Source of the DNA: Thermoanaerobaculia bacterium
GTDB lineage: Bacteria; Acidobacteriota; Thermoanaerobaculia; Gp7-AA8
Assembly (NCBI GenBank): GCA_051305935.1
Contig: JBPPMG010000486.1
Coordinates: 1-54,599 of the forward strand
Direction: 5' to 3'
DNA length: 54,599 nucleotides
Under the pieces are notes generated by a model, which was given only the letters and a program-made list of their open reading frames with translations, was not told where the DNA came from and searched no databases. Position 1 is the first letter of the stretch; every line of letters begins with the position of its first letter. Positions 1 through 12,278 of this stretch are shown piece after piece. Both the position numbers and the translations under genes were made by a program.

Positions 1-897
1 CCCGATCGTGATGTCAGCGCGGAAGATCCAGAGCAGCGCAGTTGCGGTGAAAAGCGCGATCGTCAGCTTTTCCGCGCGGCCCATCGTCGTCGGCCGCTCG
101 AGGCCGAGCTGCTCGAGCGGAATCGGCGCACCCTTCCCGAGGCGCATCGCGACGATGAGGATGAGCCAGCATGCCGGGAGCGCGATCGCGAGATAGACCA
201 CGCCGAAGATCATCCACTGCGCGAAGCTGACTGCGCCAACCGACGGGAAGAGCTCCTTCACCGCCCCGAGGAAGATCAGGTTCGTCGGCGTGCCGATCGG
301 GGTGCCCAGTCCGCCGAGCGACGCGCCGAAGCAGACGGCGAGCAGTGTCGCGCTCCCGAGCCGTGCGAGAGGGTTGTCGTGCCCGGCGCCGAGGTCGCCC
401 TCGTGGCTGCCGGCCGCGCCGTGGACGATCGCGACGGCGATCGGCGCGAGCATCAGCGTCGTCGCCGTGTTCGAGATCCACATCGAAAGCCCGGCGCTCG
501 CGAGGAGCACCGCGAGGACGATGCGCCGTGGTTCCGTTCCCACGCGCCGCAGCGTGTGCCAGGCGATCCGTCGGTGAAGCCCCCATTTCTCCACGGCTGA
601 CGCGACGAGAAAGCCGCCCAGAAAGAGAAAGACCGCCGAGTTGGCGTAGGGAGCGGCGGCCTGATCGGCGGTCCGGATGCCTGTCAGCGGAAAGACGACG
701 AGCGGGATCAGCGCGGTGAGACCGAGCGGCAGCGCCTCGGAGAGCCAGAGCAGCCCCATGAGGAGGCCTGTCGCCGCCGTCGTGCGAACGCCCGCGGTAA
801 ACAGCCCTTCGGTCGGCAGGAGAAGGACGAGCGCGGCCACGGCCGCGCAGATCGCGGTGCGGCGCAGGGAGATCGGGGCGGACTGGACTTCCGACAT
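1..897 (-). CDS. SLC13/DASS family anion (di/tricarboxylate or sulfate) transporter, 3' end runs off the window
   Basis: Translated by hand from ATG at 897 (MSEVQSAPISLRR...). Hydrophobic, with the family motifs WLSEALP, FLFLGGF, SMWISNTATT and GGLGTPIGTPTN. Absent from the ORF track because there is no stop in the window. Confidence 0.85.
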   Translation of the reverse strand, partial: MSEVQSAPISLRRTAICAAVAALVLLLPTEGLFTAGVRTTAATGLLMGLLWLSEALPLGLTALIPLVVFPLTGIRTADQAAAPYANSAVFLFLGGFLVASAVEKWGLHRRIAWHTLRRVGTEPRRIVLAVLLASAGLSMWISNTATTLMLAPIAVAIVHGAAGSHEGDLGAGHDNPLARLGSATLLAVCFGASLGGLGTPIGTPTNLIFLGAVKELFPSVGAVSFAQWMIFGVVYLAIALPACWLILIVAMRLGKGAPIPLEQLGLERPTTMGRAEKLTIALFTATALLWIFRADITIG

Positions 898-929
898 CGG
901 CTTGTCGGAAGTCTAATTCGAAAAGTACA

Positions 930-962
930 AAGTAAAAATGCGACTCTTGCGAGTCGCATTTT
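930..962 (-). terminator. Intrinsic terminator of topA, possibly bidirectional
   Basis: 12-bp stem AAAATGCGACTC/GAGTCGCATTTT (935-962) with a GCAA loop on the minus strand and a T-rich tail. Confidence 0.8.
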
Positions 963-1018
963 AGTTAACTGTACAGGACAGAATAATAAGAAATCTTAAA
1001 CATCAATGAATTCAACTC

Positions 1019-3442
1019 TCATTTCGCGTCGACGCCCGTCTCTTCGCGAACGGGCGCCCTGTAGTCGCACTCGGCGTTGTTGCAGAGCTCGATCTTGCCT
1101 TCCTTCTTGGTCTCGTGCAGGAGAAGGTAGGGCGCCTTACATTTCGGGCAGGCTCGCCCCACGGGGCGTTTGTTCAGCGTGAAATCGCACTTCGGATAGC
1201 GGTTGCACGAGTAGAACGGTCCGCGCTTGGAAATGCGCATGACCATCTCGCCTTCCTTGCAGGTCGGGCAATTCACTCCCGTCGGCTCCGGAGGATGGCC
1301 CTTCCCGCCGATCTTGCGAATGTTCGAGCAGTCGGGGTAGCCCGAGCAGCTGTAGAACGGACCGAAGCGGCCGCGCTTGAGGATCATCTCCTTGCCGCAC
1401 TTCTCGCACGGCGCGACCGGCTCGCTGCTCTGCGGGAGGTTGAGGAGCTTCGGGTCCTTCGTGTTCTTGCACTCGGGGTAACCGGTGCACGCGAAGAACT
1501 GGCCGAAGCGGGAGCGCTTCAGAGTCATCGGCTTGCCGCACTTGTCGCAGACCATCGGCTCCTCGCCGTTGGCCTTCGCCGCCGCCTGTTGCGGAATCTC
1601 CTTCGTGTTCTTGCACTCGGGATAGTTCGTGCAGGCGAGGAACTCGCCGAAGCGGCCGAACTTGATCGCCATCTTCGAACCGCACTTGTCGCAGACCTCG
1701 TCGGTCTCGACCCCCTGGCCCTTGATGCTCTTCATCTCGGTCTGAGCGACGCCGAGGTCCTTGTTGAACTTGATCGAGAAGCGGCGAAGAGCGTCGACCC
1801 AGTCGACTCTGCCCGCTTCGATCTCGTCGAGTTCGTCCTCGAGCTTCGCGGTGTACCCCTCGTCGATGATGTCGCCGAACGACTCGCGAAGGAGATTCGT
1901 AACGAGCGTCCCGAGCTGGCTCGGGACGAACTTGCCCTCGTCCTTGTAGGTGTAGTCGCGCGTCTGGATCGTCTGGAGGATCGCGCCGTAGGTCGACGGC
2001 CTCCCGATGCCGTTCTCTTCGAGGGCCTTGACGAGCGTCGCTTCGGTGAACCGCGGAGGCGGCTGGGTGAAGTTCTGCTTTGTCTCGAGATCGCGCAGCG
2101 TGAGCGCGTCGCCTTCCTGCATCCGAGGAAGCTTCTTTGCGAGAAGCTCCTCGTGCTCAGCGGCGTCCTCTTCCTCGAGGTCGTCCTGGAAGATCGCCAG
2201 GAATCCGGCGAACTTCTGCACTTCCCCCGAGGCCTTGAGCGTCAGCTTGCCGCACTCGATCTCGACGTCGGTCACGTCGAAGAGGGCGGGCTTCATCTGC
2301 GATGCGACGGTACGCTCGAAGATCAGCTTGTAGATGTTGTACTCGTCGCGTGAAAGCAGGTCTTTAATCGCTTCGGGCTCGTATTCGAAGGTAGTCGGGC
2401 GAATCGCCTCGTGCGCTTCCTGCGCCGACTTCTTCGCGCGGTAGACGTTCGGCTTCTCGGGAAGGATGTCCTCGCCGTACTTCTTTCCAATGTAGAGGCG
2501 CATCTCTGCCATCGCGTCGTCGGAGACGCGGACCGAGTCGGTACGCATGTAGGTGATGAGACCGACGTGGCCGTCCTTGCCGAGCTCCTTGCCTTCGTAG
2601 AGCCCCTGCGCGATCTGCATCGTCCGCTTCACCGGGTACTTGAAGCGCCGATAGGCTTCCTGCTGCAACTTCGACGTGGTGAAAGGCGCGGGAGGTGACT
2701 GCTTGCGCTCCTTGCGCGTAATCTTCGCTACGGCGTATGAGCCCTTCTTGAGATCGGTCTCGATCTTCCGCGCGATTTCCTCGTTCGGAACCTCGGCCTT
2801 CTTGCCGTCGACCTTCAGGAGCTTCGCAATGAACGGCGGCGGCTGTGCCGCGTCGAGCTTCGCGGCGAAGGTCCAGTACTCCTCGGGCTTGAACTTCGCG
2901 ATCTCGTCCTCGCGGTCGACGATCATCTTGAGCGCGACCGACTGGACGCGGCCGGCGGACAGGCCGCGGCGGACCTTGTCCCATAGGAGAGGAGAGAGCT
3001 TGTAGCCGACGAGCCGGTCGAGAACGCGGCGCGCCTGCTGCGCATTGACCTTGTTGATGTCGATCGTGCCGGGCTGCTTGATCGCCTTCTGAACGGCGGT
3101 CTTGGTGATCTCGTGAAACAGGATGCGGCGGACCTTCTTCGCGTCGCCACCGAGCACGTTCATCACGTGCCAGCCGATCGCCTCTCCTTCGCGATCAGGA
3201 TCGGACGCGATGAAGATGTTGTCGGCCTTCTTCGCCGCGGCGCGGAGCTCGGCGACGACTTTTTCCTTGGTTTCGAGGATGACGTACTCGGGCTCGAAGG
3301 TCTCTTCGTCGACGCCGAGATCGCTCTTGGGAAGGTCGCGGATGTGCCCGACGGACGCCTTCACGGTGAAGTCCTTGCCAAGGAACTTGTTGATCGTTTT
3401 CGCTTTCGCGGGCGACTCTACGATGACCAGATTTTTTGCCAC
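1019..3442 (-). CDS. topA: DNA topoisomerase I
   Basis: LVIVESPAKAKTI TOPRIM start, SDPDREGEAI, SAGRVQS, catalytic ITYMRTDS, and five C-terminal C4 zinc-ribbon repeats. GTG start. Confidence 0.98.
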   Translation of the reverse strand: MAKNLVIVESPAKAKTINKFLGKDFTVKASVGHIRDLPKSDLGVDEETFEPEYVILETKEKVVAELRAAAKKADNIFIASDPDREGEAIGWHVMNVLGGDAKKVRRILFHEITKTAVQKAIKQPGTIDINKVNAQQARRVLDRLVGYKLSPLLWDKVRRGLSAGRVQSVALKMIVDREDEIAKFKPEEYWTFAAKLDAAQPPPFIAKLLKVDGKKAEVPNEEIARKIETDLKKGSYAVAKITRKERKQSPPAPFTTSKLQQEAYRRFKYPVKRTMQIAQGLYEGKELGKDGHVGLITYMRTDSVRVSDDAMAEMRLYIGKKYGEDILPEKPNVYRAKKSAQEAHEAIRPTTFEYEPEAIKDLLSRDEYNIYKLIFERTVASQMKPALFDVTDVEIECGKLTLKASGEVQKFAGFLAIFQDDLEEEDAAEHEELLAKKLPRMQEGDALTLRDLETKQNFTQPPPRFTEATLVKALEENGIGRPSTYGAILQTIQTRDYTYKDEGKFVPSQLGTLVTNLLRESFGDIIDEGYTAKLEDELDEIEAGRVDWVDALRRFSIKFNKDLGVAQTEMKSIKGQGVETDEVCDKCGSKMAIKFGRFGEFLACTNYPECKNTKEIPQQAAAKANGEEPMVCDKCGKPMTLKRSRFGQFFACTGYPECKNTKDPKLLNLPQSSEPVAPCEKCGKEMILKRGRFGPFYSCSGYPDCSNIRKIGGKGHPPEPTGVNCPTCKEGEMVMRISKRGPFYSCNRYPKCDFTLNKRPVGRACPKCKAPYLLLHETKKEGKIELCNNAECDYRAPVREETGVDAK

Positions 3443-3681
3443 TCAGGATCCTTCCAACGCCTGCTTCCAAGGGGAGAACAAGGCTTCAACGGGCTTTCGG
3501 CAACTGGAAAGCCGCGCCTTTATATTCCGGTGACGGCCGGTGGCGCAAGGCCTTCCGCGCTAGTGAAACGCTGAAACGGCTCGACTTCGAGTGTCTCGCA
3601 GGCCTTTCTCGCCGGCCGCGAAGCTTCATGACCGGCTGCCGATTGTCGGGGCCTGCCGAACTTCCGGCACGCACCGAGGCG

Positions 3682-4071
3682 TCATTTTCCGGCGTGGCCG
3701 GCGAGAAACACCGCGATCTCCGACTTCGAGCAGGTTCCAGTGGCAGCACGGATCACCAACTCGTACAGGTTCTCCTCGCCGGCGTCGACGCGAAGGTCGT
3801 GGATCCAGAGAAACGCGAGCGCACAGGCGAGAGCGGTGCGTTTGTTGCCGTCTACGAACGGGTGATTCCTCGCGACGTGAAACAGGTACGCGGCCGCCAT
3901 TTCGAAGAGCGTCGGGTGGAGGAACTCGTGGTCAAACGTCGCCCGCGGAAGGCCCAAGGCCGATTCGAGAAGCGAGATGTCGCGGATTCCGCGTGCGCCG
4001 CCGTATCGCCGGAGTTGATCCTCGTGAATTGCCAGAACGTCGTCGAGCGAAAGGAACTCCGGCTGCTTCAT
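3682..4071 (-). CDS. doc: Doc (death-on-curing) family type II toxin
   Basis: GG..GIRD..LLESAL and the Doc-type Fic motif HPFVDGNKR; 129 aa. Confidence 0.92.
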   Translation of the reverse strand: MKQPEFLSLDDVLAIHEDQLRRYGGARGIRDISLLESALGLPRATFDHEFLHPTLFEMAAAYLFHVARNHPFVDGNKRTALACALAFLWIHDLRVDAGEENLYELVIRAATGTCSKSEIAVFLAGHAGK

Positions 4072-4295
4072 TCCGACAGCCGCTTGAAGACCCCCGCGTA
4101 GCGCTCGTTGATCTCTTTCAGCGCCTTGCCGAGCCTCGCCGCATGCTTCTTCGTCCTGACCGGAGAGATCACGATCACGTCGCCGTCCGTCGAGATCTCG
4201 ACCTCTGTAGACTCGTCGATCCCCACCTGCTCGAGGAGCGGCTTTTCGAGAATGAGAGCGAGGCTATTGCCTGTGCGGGTAAGTCGTTTGACCAT
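4068..4295 (-). CDS. AbrB/MazE-fold antitoxin (Doc partner)
   Basis: MVKRLTRTGNSLALILEKPLLEQVGI is an AbrB swapped-hairpin signature; C-terminal Y..VFKRLSE; 4-bp overlap with doc. Start moved to ATG 4295. Confidence 0.88.
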   Translation of the reverse strand: MVKRLTRTGNSLALILEKPLLEQVGIDESTEVEISTDGDVIVISPVRTKKHAARLGKALKEINERYAGVFKRLSE

Positions 4296-4299
4296 CGGT

Positions 4300-4329
4300 G
4301 TACGAACGGATCTTAACATGTGTTCGTAC
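4300..4329 (-). promoter_or_regulatory. TA promoter (extended -10) inside an inverted-repeat operator
   Basis: GTACGAAC-N14-GTTCGTAC encloses TGtTAAGAT on the minus strand, about 15 nt upstream of the antitoxin ATG. Confidence 0.65.
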
Positions 4330-4360
4330 GCGTTCGATGGTGCGGCCGCGAAGCTGCACA

Positions 4361-4396
4361 GACGACGAACGCCGCCTTGCGGCGGCGTCGGTCGTC
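4361..4396 (-). terminator. GC-rich hairpin at the 3' end of the atp operon
   Basis: ACGCCGCC-loop-GGCGGCGT with outer GACGAC/GTCGTC pairing and a GCAA loop on the minus strand; weak U-tract. Confidence 0.5.
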
Positions 4397-4414
4397 ACCT
4401 CGTGCGAGGGATCC

Positions 4415-4831
4415 TCAGTGCTTGACTCCCGCGAGGCCCTTCGCGATCGACTGGTCGAGTTTCGCTTCGGCGAGCGCAAACTCCTCGTCGTGCGAGACGA
4501 GCGACTGCAGCTCGCGCTCGGCATCCATCTTCATCTTCTCGAACTGGTCGGCCCCGATCTCCTCGGCCTTCATCGCGCCTTCGGCAATGACGATCACGCG
4601 ATCGGGGAGGATCTCGGCGAAGCCCCAGGTCAGCACCATCATGAAGTGCTTGTCCCCGACGCGGTACGACATCTCGCCGACCTTCAACATCGCAAGGAGA
4701 GGCGTGTGGCCTGGAAGAATGCCGATCTGTCCGCGCACTGCGGGGAGCACGACCTCGTCCACGTCCTGCTCGAGAACCTTCTTCTCGCGCGTGACGAGGG
4801 TGAGGTGAAGCTTTGTCGGAAGCTCGGCCAT
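4415..4831 (-). CDS. atpC: ATP synthase F1 epsilon subunit
   Basis: VVLPA..GQIGILPGHTPLL motif; follows atpD. Confidence 0.95.
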   Translation of the reverse strand: MAELPTKLHLTLVTREKKVLEQDVDEVVLPAVRGQIGILPGHTPLLAMLKVGEMSYRVGDKHFMMVLTWGFAEILPDRVIVIAEGAMKAEEIGADQFEKMKMDAERELQSLVSHDEEFALAEAKLDQSIAKGLAGVKH

Positions 4832-4835
4832 GGCG

Positions 4836-6317
<1,482 letters not shown>

Positions 6318-7168
6318 CTATTCGAGGGCCTGGGCGCCCGAGACGATCTCGATGATTTCCTTGGTGATCGCCGCCTGACGAACCCGGTTGTAGGTCAGCG
6401 TCAAGCTGTCGATCATCTCGGCGGCATTCTTCGTGGCCGCTTCCATCGCTGTCATGCGCGCGCCCTGCTCCGCCGCTGCGGAGTCGAGCAGGATTCTGTA
6501 AATCTGGAACTCGAGGTGCTTCGGGAGCAGGTCCCGGAGAATCTGCTCGGGCGAAGGCTCGTAGAGATACTCGATCGTCGGCTCGTCGTGCTTCGTGCGG
6601 GGAAGCGGCAGGAGCTTCTCGACGTGGACAACCTGTGAGATGACCGAGCGAAATTCGTTGTAGACCGCGTACACGGCGTCGATGCGATCCTCGACGAAGT
6701 CGTCGACCGCCATCTTCGAGATGCTTCCGGCCGTCTCGAGCGAGAGCGCCTGGAAGACGTTGACCGCCTGATGGCGGATCGGGATCGTGCGGCGGCGGAA
6801 AAATTCGTTCGCCTTGCGGCCGATCGGGATGAGCGAGACCTGCGTCCAGCCGCGGTCGCGGATCGCGCCCAGCGTCGACTTGAGGATGTTTCCGTTGAAC
6901 GCGCCGGCGAGCCCCTTGTCTCCCGTGACGACGAGGAGCAGGACGCGCTGCTCGGGACGCTCGGCGAGCAGCGGATGCTGGTCCGAATCGACGCGGCTGG
7001 CGACCGACGCGAGGATCTGTGAAATCGCGCCCGAGTAGGGACGCGCCGACACGATCCGGTCCTGGGCTCGACGCAGCTTTGCCGCGGCGACCATCTTCAT
7101 CGCCTTGGTGATCTGCTGCGTACTCTTGACGCTTCGAATACGCCGCCGGATGTCGAGCGTGCTGGGCA

Positions 7169-7169
<1 letters not shown>
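6318..7169 (-). CDS. atpG: ATP synthase F1 gamma subunit
   Basis: ITKAMKMVAAAKL and RQAAITKEIIEIVSGA. Confidence 0.98.
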
Positions 7170-8713
<1,544 letters not shown>

Positions 8714-8743
8714 ATATTCTCCCAAAAAGGTAGACGAAAAGCG

Positions 8744-9277
8744 CTACGCTATTGCGGTTCGAATCTTCTGAATCCTTGCGAGGACCGAAGCGTCGTAGAC
8801 CTCGCTGCCGACTTCGGCGATGAACCCGCCGAGCAGCGCCTTGTCGATCGTGAGCTCGAGCTGGACCCGCTTTCCGAGACGAGCTTCGAGAGCGCTCTTG
8901 AGCCCGGCTCGCTCGTCGTCGCCCAGTTGGTGTGCCGCACGAACTCGCGCGACGACGGTGTTCGTCGCGTCGTTGATCATCGCTTCGAGTGCCTCGAGAA
9001 TCGCGCCGAGATCGTTGATCCGGTCGTTGGTGACAAACACGTCGAGGGTGCGCAACCCCAGCTCGCCGATTGCGAGCTTCGCGCCGATCGCCGCGGTGAT
9101 CGACTTCTTCACCTTCGAGTCGACTCCGGGGTTCTCGAACAGCGTCGAGAGCTCTTCCGAGCCGGCGCGCGCGGTCTCGAACCGCTTCAGCTCGTCGTGA
9201 AGCGCGCGGGCGGCTTCCGGGGTCTTCACGACCTCCATGATCGCTTTCGCGTACGGCCGTGCGAATCGCCGGATCAT
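8744..9277 (-). CDS. atpH: ATP synthase delta subunit
   Basis: ARPYAKA N-terminus and D..LLGG...VG..VYDASV C-terminus. Confidence 0.95.
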   Translation of the reverse strand: MIRRFARPYAKAIMEVVKTPEAARALHDELKRFETARAGSEELSTLFENPGVDSKVKKSITAAIGAKLAIGELGLRTLDVFVTNDRINDLGAILEALEAMINDATNTVVARVRAAHQLGDDERAGLKSALEARLGKRVQLELTIDKALLGGFIAEVGSEVYDASVLARIQKIRTAIA

Positions 9278-9852
9278 GCCTTCGTCTCCTCGATCGCCTT
9301 CACGCTGTCGGCGAAGACCTTCTTCCGATCGGCTTCGGTCATCGACGACGCGAGAATCTCGTGAGTCTTGTCGGCCGCGAGCTGCCCGGCATAGTCGGTC
9401 AGCTCCTTGCGGGCCTGCTTGATCTGCGAATCGACGTCCCCTCGGGCCTGGGCAAGGATCTTCTCGGCCTCGAGGCGGGCGGCCTCGATGATCTCGGCCT
9501 TTTGCTTCTCGCCATCGACGTTCGCGCGCTCGACGATCGCGGCGACGTCGCCCTGGATCTGGTCGAGGCGCGCCTGGATGTCCGCCGCCAGCCGGTCTGC
9601 CTTCGCGTTGCGCTCACGCGCTTCGGCGAGCTCCGACCGGATCTGTTCTCCCCTCGCCTTGAACGTCGAGGAGATCGGCCCCTTGAGCAGCCAGGCGAGC
9701 AATCCGAAAAACACGGCGACGTTGAGGAGTTTGAGCACCCACGCCGGCATCCCGAAGTAGGTCTTCTCGACGTGCGCGCCCTCGCCGTCGACGGCGAACA
9801 GCGGCAGCGCCGCCAGCAGGACGGCGAGTAGGATCAGAATTGTCTTTTTCAC
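9274..9852 (-). CDS. atpF: ATP synthase F0 subunit b with N-terminal signal-like extension
   Basis: TM helix (KLLNVAVFFGLLAWLL) followed by a coiled coil; operon position; GTG start. Confidence 0.85.
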   Translation of the reverse strand: MKKTILILLAVLLAALPLFAVDGEGAHVEKTYFGMPAWVLKLLNVAVFFGLLAWLLKGPISSTFKARGEQIRSELAEARERNAKADRLAADIQARLDQIQGDVAAIVERANVDGEKQKAEIIEAARLEAEKILAQARGDVDSQIKQARKELTDYAGQLAADKTHEILASSMTEADRKKVFADSVKAIEETKA

Positions 9853-10295
9853 AGCGCCCTGCCCACGATCCGCTCGACGGCAAGCTGCGCGAGCGGGCCG
9901 ATCTCGATGTCGATCTTCTGCCTTGCCGACGAGACGGCAGTTGCAAGCTCCGCGCTCGCGCTCCCGACGATCTGTTCGGCTTCCTGGCGCGTCTTCTCCA
10001 CCGCGTCGGCACGATGCTTCGCCGCCTCGGCTCTCAGGGATTCGCGCAGTTCAGTTCCCTGCTTCTTCGCCTGGGCAACGCGCGCTTCCATTTCGCGCGC
10101 CGCCTCGTTGAACCTGGCGAGCGCATCCTCGTGTCTCACTGCTGCGTCGCGAACATCTTTCTCGCGGTCGCTCATGACGGCGTTGAGCGGCTGCAGGAAG
10201 TACTTCTTCACGACAAAATACTGGAGACAGAAGATCACCATGATGGCGATCAGCGACGCGTCGGGCGACAGATTGATTCCGCCGGATATCAGCAT
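9849..10295 (-). CDS. ATP synthase F0 subunit b'
   Basis: INLSPDASLIAIMVIF..YFLQPL..V..RE then a coiled coil. Start placed at ATG 10295. Confidence 0.85.
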   Translation of the reverse strand: MLISGGINLSPDASLIAIMVIFCLQYFVVKKYFLQPLNAVMSDREKDVRDAAVRHEDALARFNEAAREMEARVAQAKKQGTELRESLRAEAAKHRADAVEKTRQEAEQIVGSASAELATAVSSARQKIDIEIGPLAQLAVERIVGRAL

Positions 10296-10448
10296 AGTAT
10301 CGAGCCTGGTTCGAAGAAGGGTCGACGCCGGTTGGCGTCGATCTGGCTCGCGTAGAGACACCTCTCCGAAGCCGCTGCTGTATAGCACAGAGACCATGAG
10401 GAATCAACCGAGGGAACGATCCGAAGTCGCCCTCGGTTCTTGACCCGG

Positions 10449-11003
10449 ATGTCCGATTCCTACAAGGAGATACTCGCTCGCGCCGACCTCCATTTCGACG
10501 AGATCCGGCACCGCCAGGGCAGGCATCTGGAGTGCCGTCTCGGCTGCACCGGATGCTGCCACGGTCTGTTCGAAATCGGCGCCGCCGACGTCGCGATGAT
10601 CACCGAGGCGCTTCGCGAAGCGCCGGCCGCGACGCGAGCCCTTCTCGTCGCGCGCTCGAGGGAGATTCTCGAGACCTTCGACGTTCCCGCGATACGCGAT
10701 TGCGACGACGAGGAGAAGCAATCGTTCTTCGTCCGAGTGGAAGATGTTCCCTGCCCCGCACTGGCGGAGGACGGCGCCTGCAGAATCTACGAGCACCGGC
10801 CTCTCGTCTGCCGCACTTTCGGCCTCCCTATCCGCGAGGGGCGCGACTACCTTGGGCAGGAGTGCGAGCTGAACTTCGTGACCGCCCTCCGCGAGGACAA
10901 GGAGGCGGCCGCCTGGGATCTCGAATGGGAGGATGCGGTCGGCCCCGAAGACCGGTTCACGATCCCCGAAGCGATCGTCGTGGCTTCTCTCTTTCTCGAC
11001 TGA
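10449..11003 (+). CDS. YkgJ-family Cys-cluster (Zn or Fe-S chelating) protein
   Basis: CRLGCTGCC ... CPAL...G.CRIYEHRPLVCR pattern. Confidence 0.85.
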   Translation: MSDSYKEILARADLHFDEIRHRQGRHLECRLGCTGCCHGLFEIGAADVAMITEALREAPAATRALLVARSREILETFDVPAIRDCDDEEKQSFFVRVEDVPCPALAEDGACRIYEHRPLVCRTFGLPIREGRDYLGQECELNFVTALREDKEAAAWDLEWEDAVGPEDRFTIPEAIVVASLFLD

Positions 11004-11040
11004 GCCGGCGCTTCGGGGAGCGCCCGGGGCCGAGGCCGCC

Positions 11041-11415
11041 TCAGTTCGACGCGGGCTTCGCCACCGAGAGCTTCGCGCCGTCCTTCACCATCACGCAGTT
11101 GCCTTCGAAGATCGCACCTTCTTCGATGATCAACGCGGGGGTCTCGAGGTCGCTGTAGACCCGCCCGTTGCGGTGGATCTCGATCCGCCCGGTGGCCTTG
11201 ATCTTTCCGCGGACCGTGCCGCTGATCGCGACGCTTCCGACCTGGATCTCTCCTTCGACGTTCGCGCTGTCCCCGACGATGAGCTCGTTCTTCGAAATGA
11301 TCTTCCCGATGAAGCGCCCGTCGACGCGCATCGTGTCCTCGAACTCCATCTCGCCGCGGAACGTCGATCCCCGATCGAGAAAACCGTTGAGTTCCCCGCC
11401 CTTTTTGTTGCTCAC
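11041..11415 (-). CDS. Bactofilin (polymer-forming cytoskeletal protein)
   Basis: Beta-helix repeats GS.F.GE...RVDG...G.I, V.G.I.A..RIEI and IEEGA.FEG.C. GTG start overlaps the parB stop. Confidence 0.93.
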   Translation of the reverse strand: MSNKKGGELNGFLDRGSTFRGEMEFEDTMRVDGRFIGKIISKNELIVGDSANVEGEIQVGSVAISGTVRGKIKATGRIEIHRNGRVYSDLETPALIIEEGAIFEGNCVMVKDGAKLSVAKPASN

Positions 11416-12278
11416 GATCGCCGTCCTCCTGTCAGACTCTCGAACAGCCTGATCAATTCATCCTCGCTCGCGAAGGCGACCTGGATCGTGCCGCCGCGAC
11501 GCTTCCTGCGGATCTCGACCTTCGTCCGAAGCGCCTTCTGGAGACGCTCCTCGGCGTCTCGCGTGAAGACGTCCTTCTGCGCTTCCTGCTTCTTCGCTGT
11601 CGGCGGCGGCGGCGAGACGATCGCCTCTGTCTGCCTAACACTCAGGTCGTCACGGACGATTCGCTCAGCGAGGTCTTCCTGCTTCTTTGCCCCCTGCAGC
11701 GAGAGAAGGGCGCGCGCGTGCCCCATCGAAAGCTGCGTCGCGGCGACCAGGCGCTTGACCTTGTCGGGCAGCCGAAGCAGCCGCAGGGAGTTCGCGACGG
11801 TCGAGCGCTCCTTGCCGACGCGCTTCGCAACCTCTTCCTGCGTGAGGCCGAACTCGTCGTGAAGCTGCTGGTACGCCATCGCCTCTTCGATCGGGTTGAG
11901 ATCCTCGCGCTGGATGTTCTCGATCAACGCGATCTCGAGCGCGCCGAGACCGACGATCGGATCCTTCACGATCGCCGGTACCGTCGTCAGCCCCGCGAGC
12001 TTCGCAGCACGGTACCTGCGCTCCCCTGCGATCAGTTGATACTTGTCGCCATTGCGCGTCACCAGGAGCGGCTGCACGATCCCGTGCGAGCGAACGCTTT
12101 CCGAAAGCTCGCGGATCGCTGCGTCGTTGAAGGTCTTTCGCGGCTGGTACGGATTCGGAGTGATCAGGTCGATCGGCAGCTCCAGCGCCGAGCCGCTGTG
12201 CCCCGTCGGCGCCGCGTTCTTCTGCGGAATCAGCGCCCCGAGCCCGCGCCCGAGTACCTTCTTTGCGCTTTTCGTCAC
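11412..12278 (-). CDS. parB: Chromosome partitioning protein ParB
   Basis: LGRGLGALI, NPYQPRK.F, GERRYRA and ENIQREDLNPIEEA motifs. Confidence 0.97.
   Translation of the reverse strand: MTKSAKKVLGRGLGALIPQKNAAPTGHSGSALELPIDLITPNPYQPRKTFNDAAIRELSESVRSHGIVQPLLVTRNGDKYQLIAGERRYRAAKLAGLTTVPAIVKDPIVGLGALEIALIENIQREDLNPIEEAMAYQQLHDEFGLTQEEVAKRVGKERSTVANSLRLLRLPDKVKRLVAATQLSMGHARALLSLQGAKKQEDLAERIVRDDLSVRQTEAIVSPPPPTAKKQEAQKDVFTRDAEERLQKALRTKVEIRRKRRGGTIQVAFASEDELIRLFESLTGGRRS

Noticed and set aside
1300-1700. Near-identical DNA repeats in the topA 3' region
   Set aside because: They are explained by the ordinary tandem zinc-ribbon domains of TopA.
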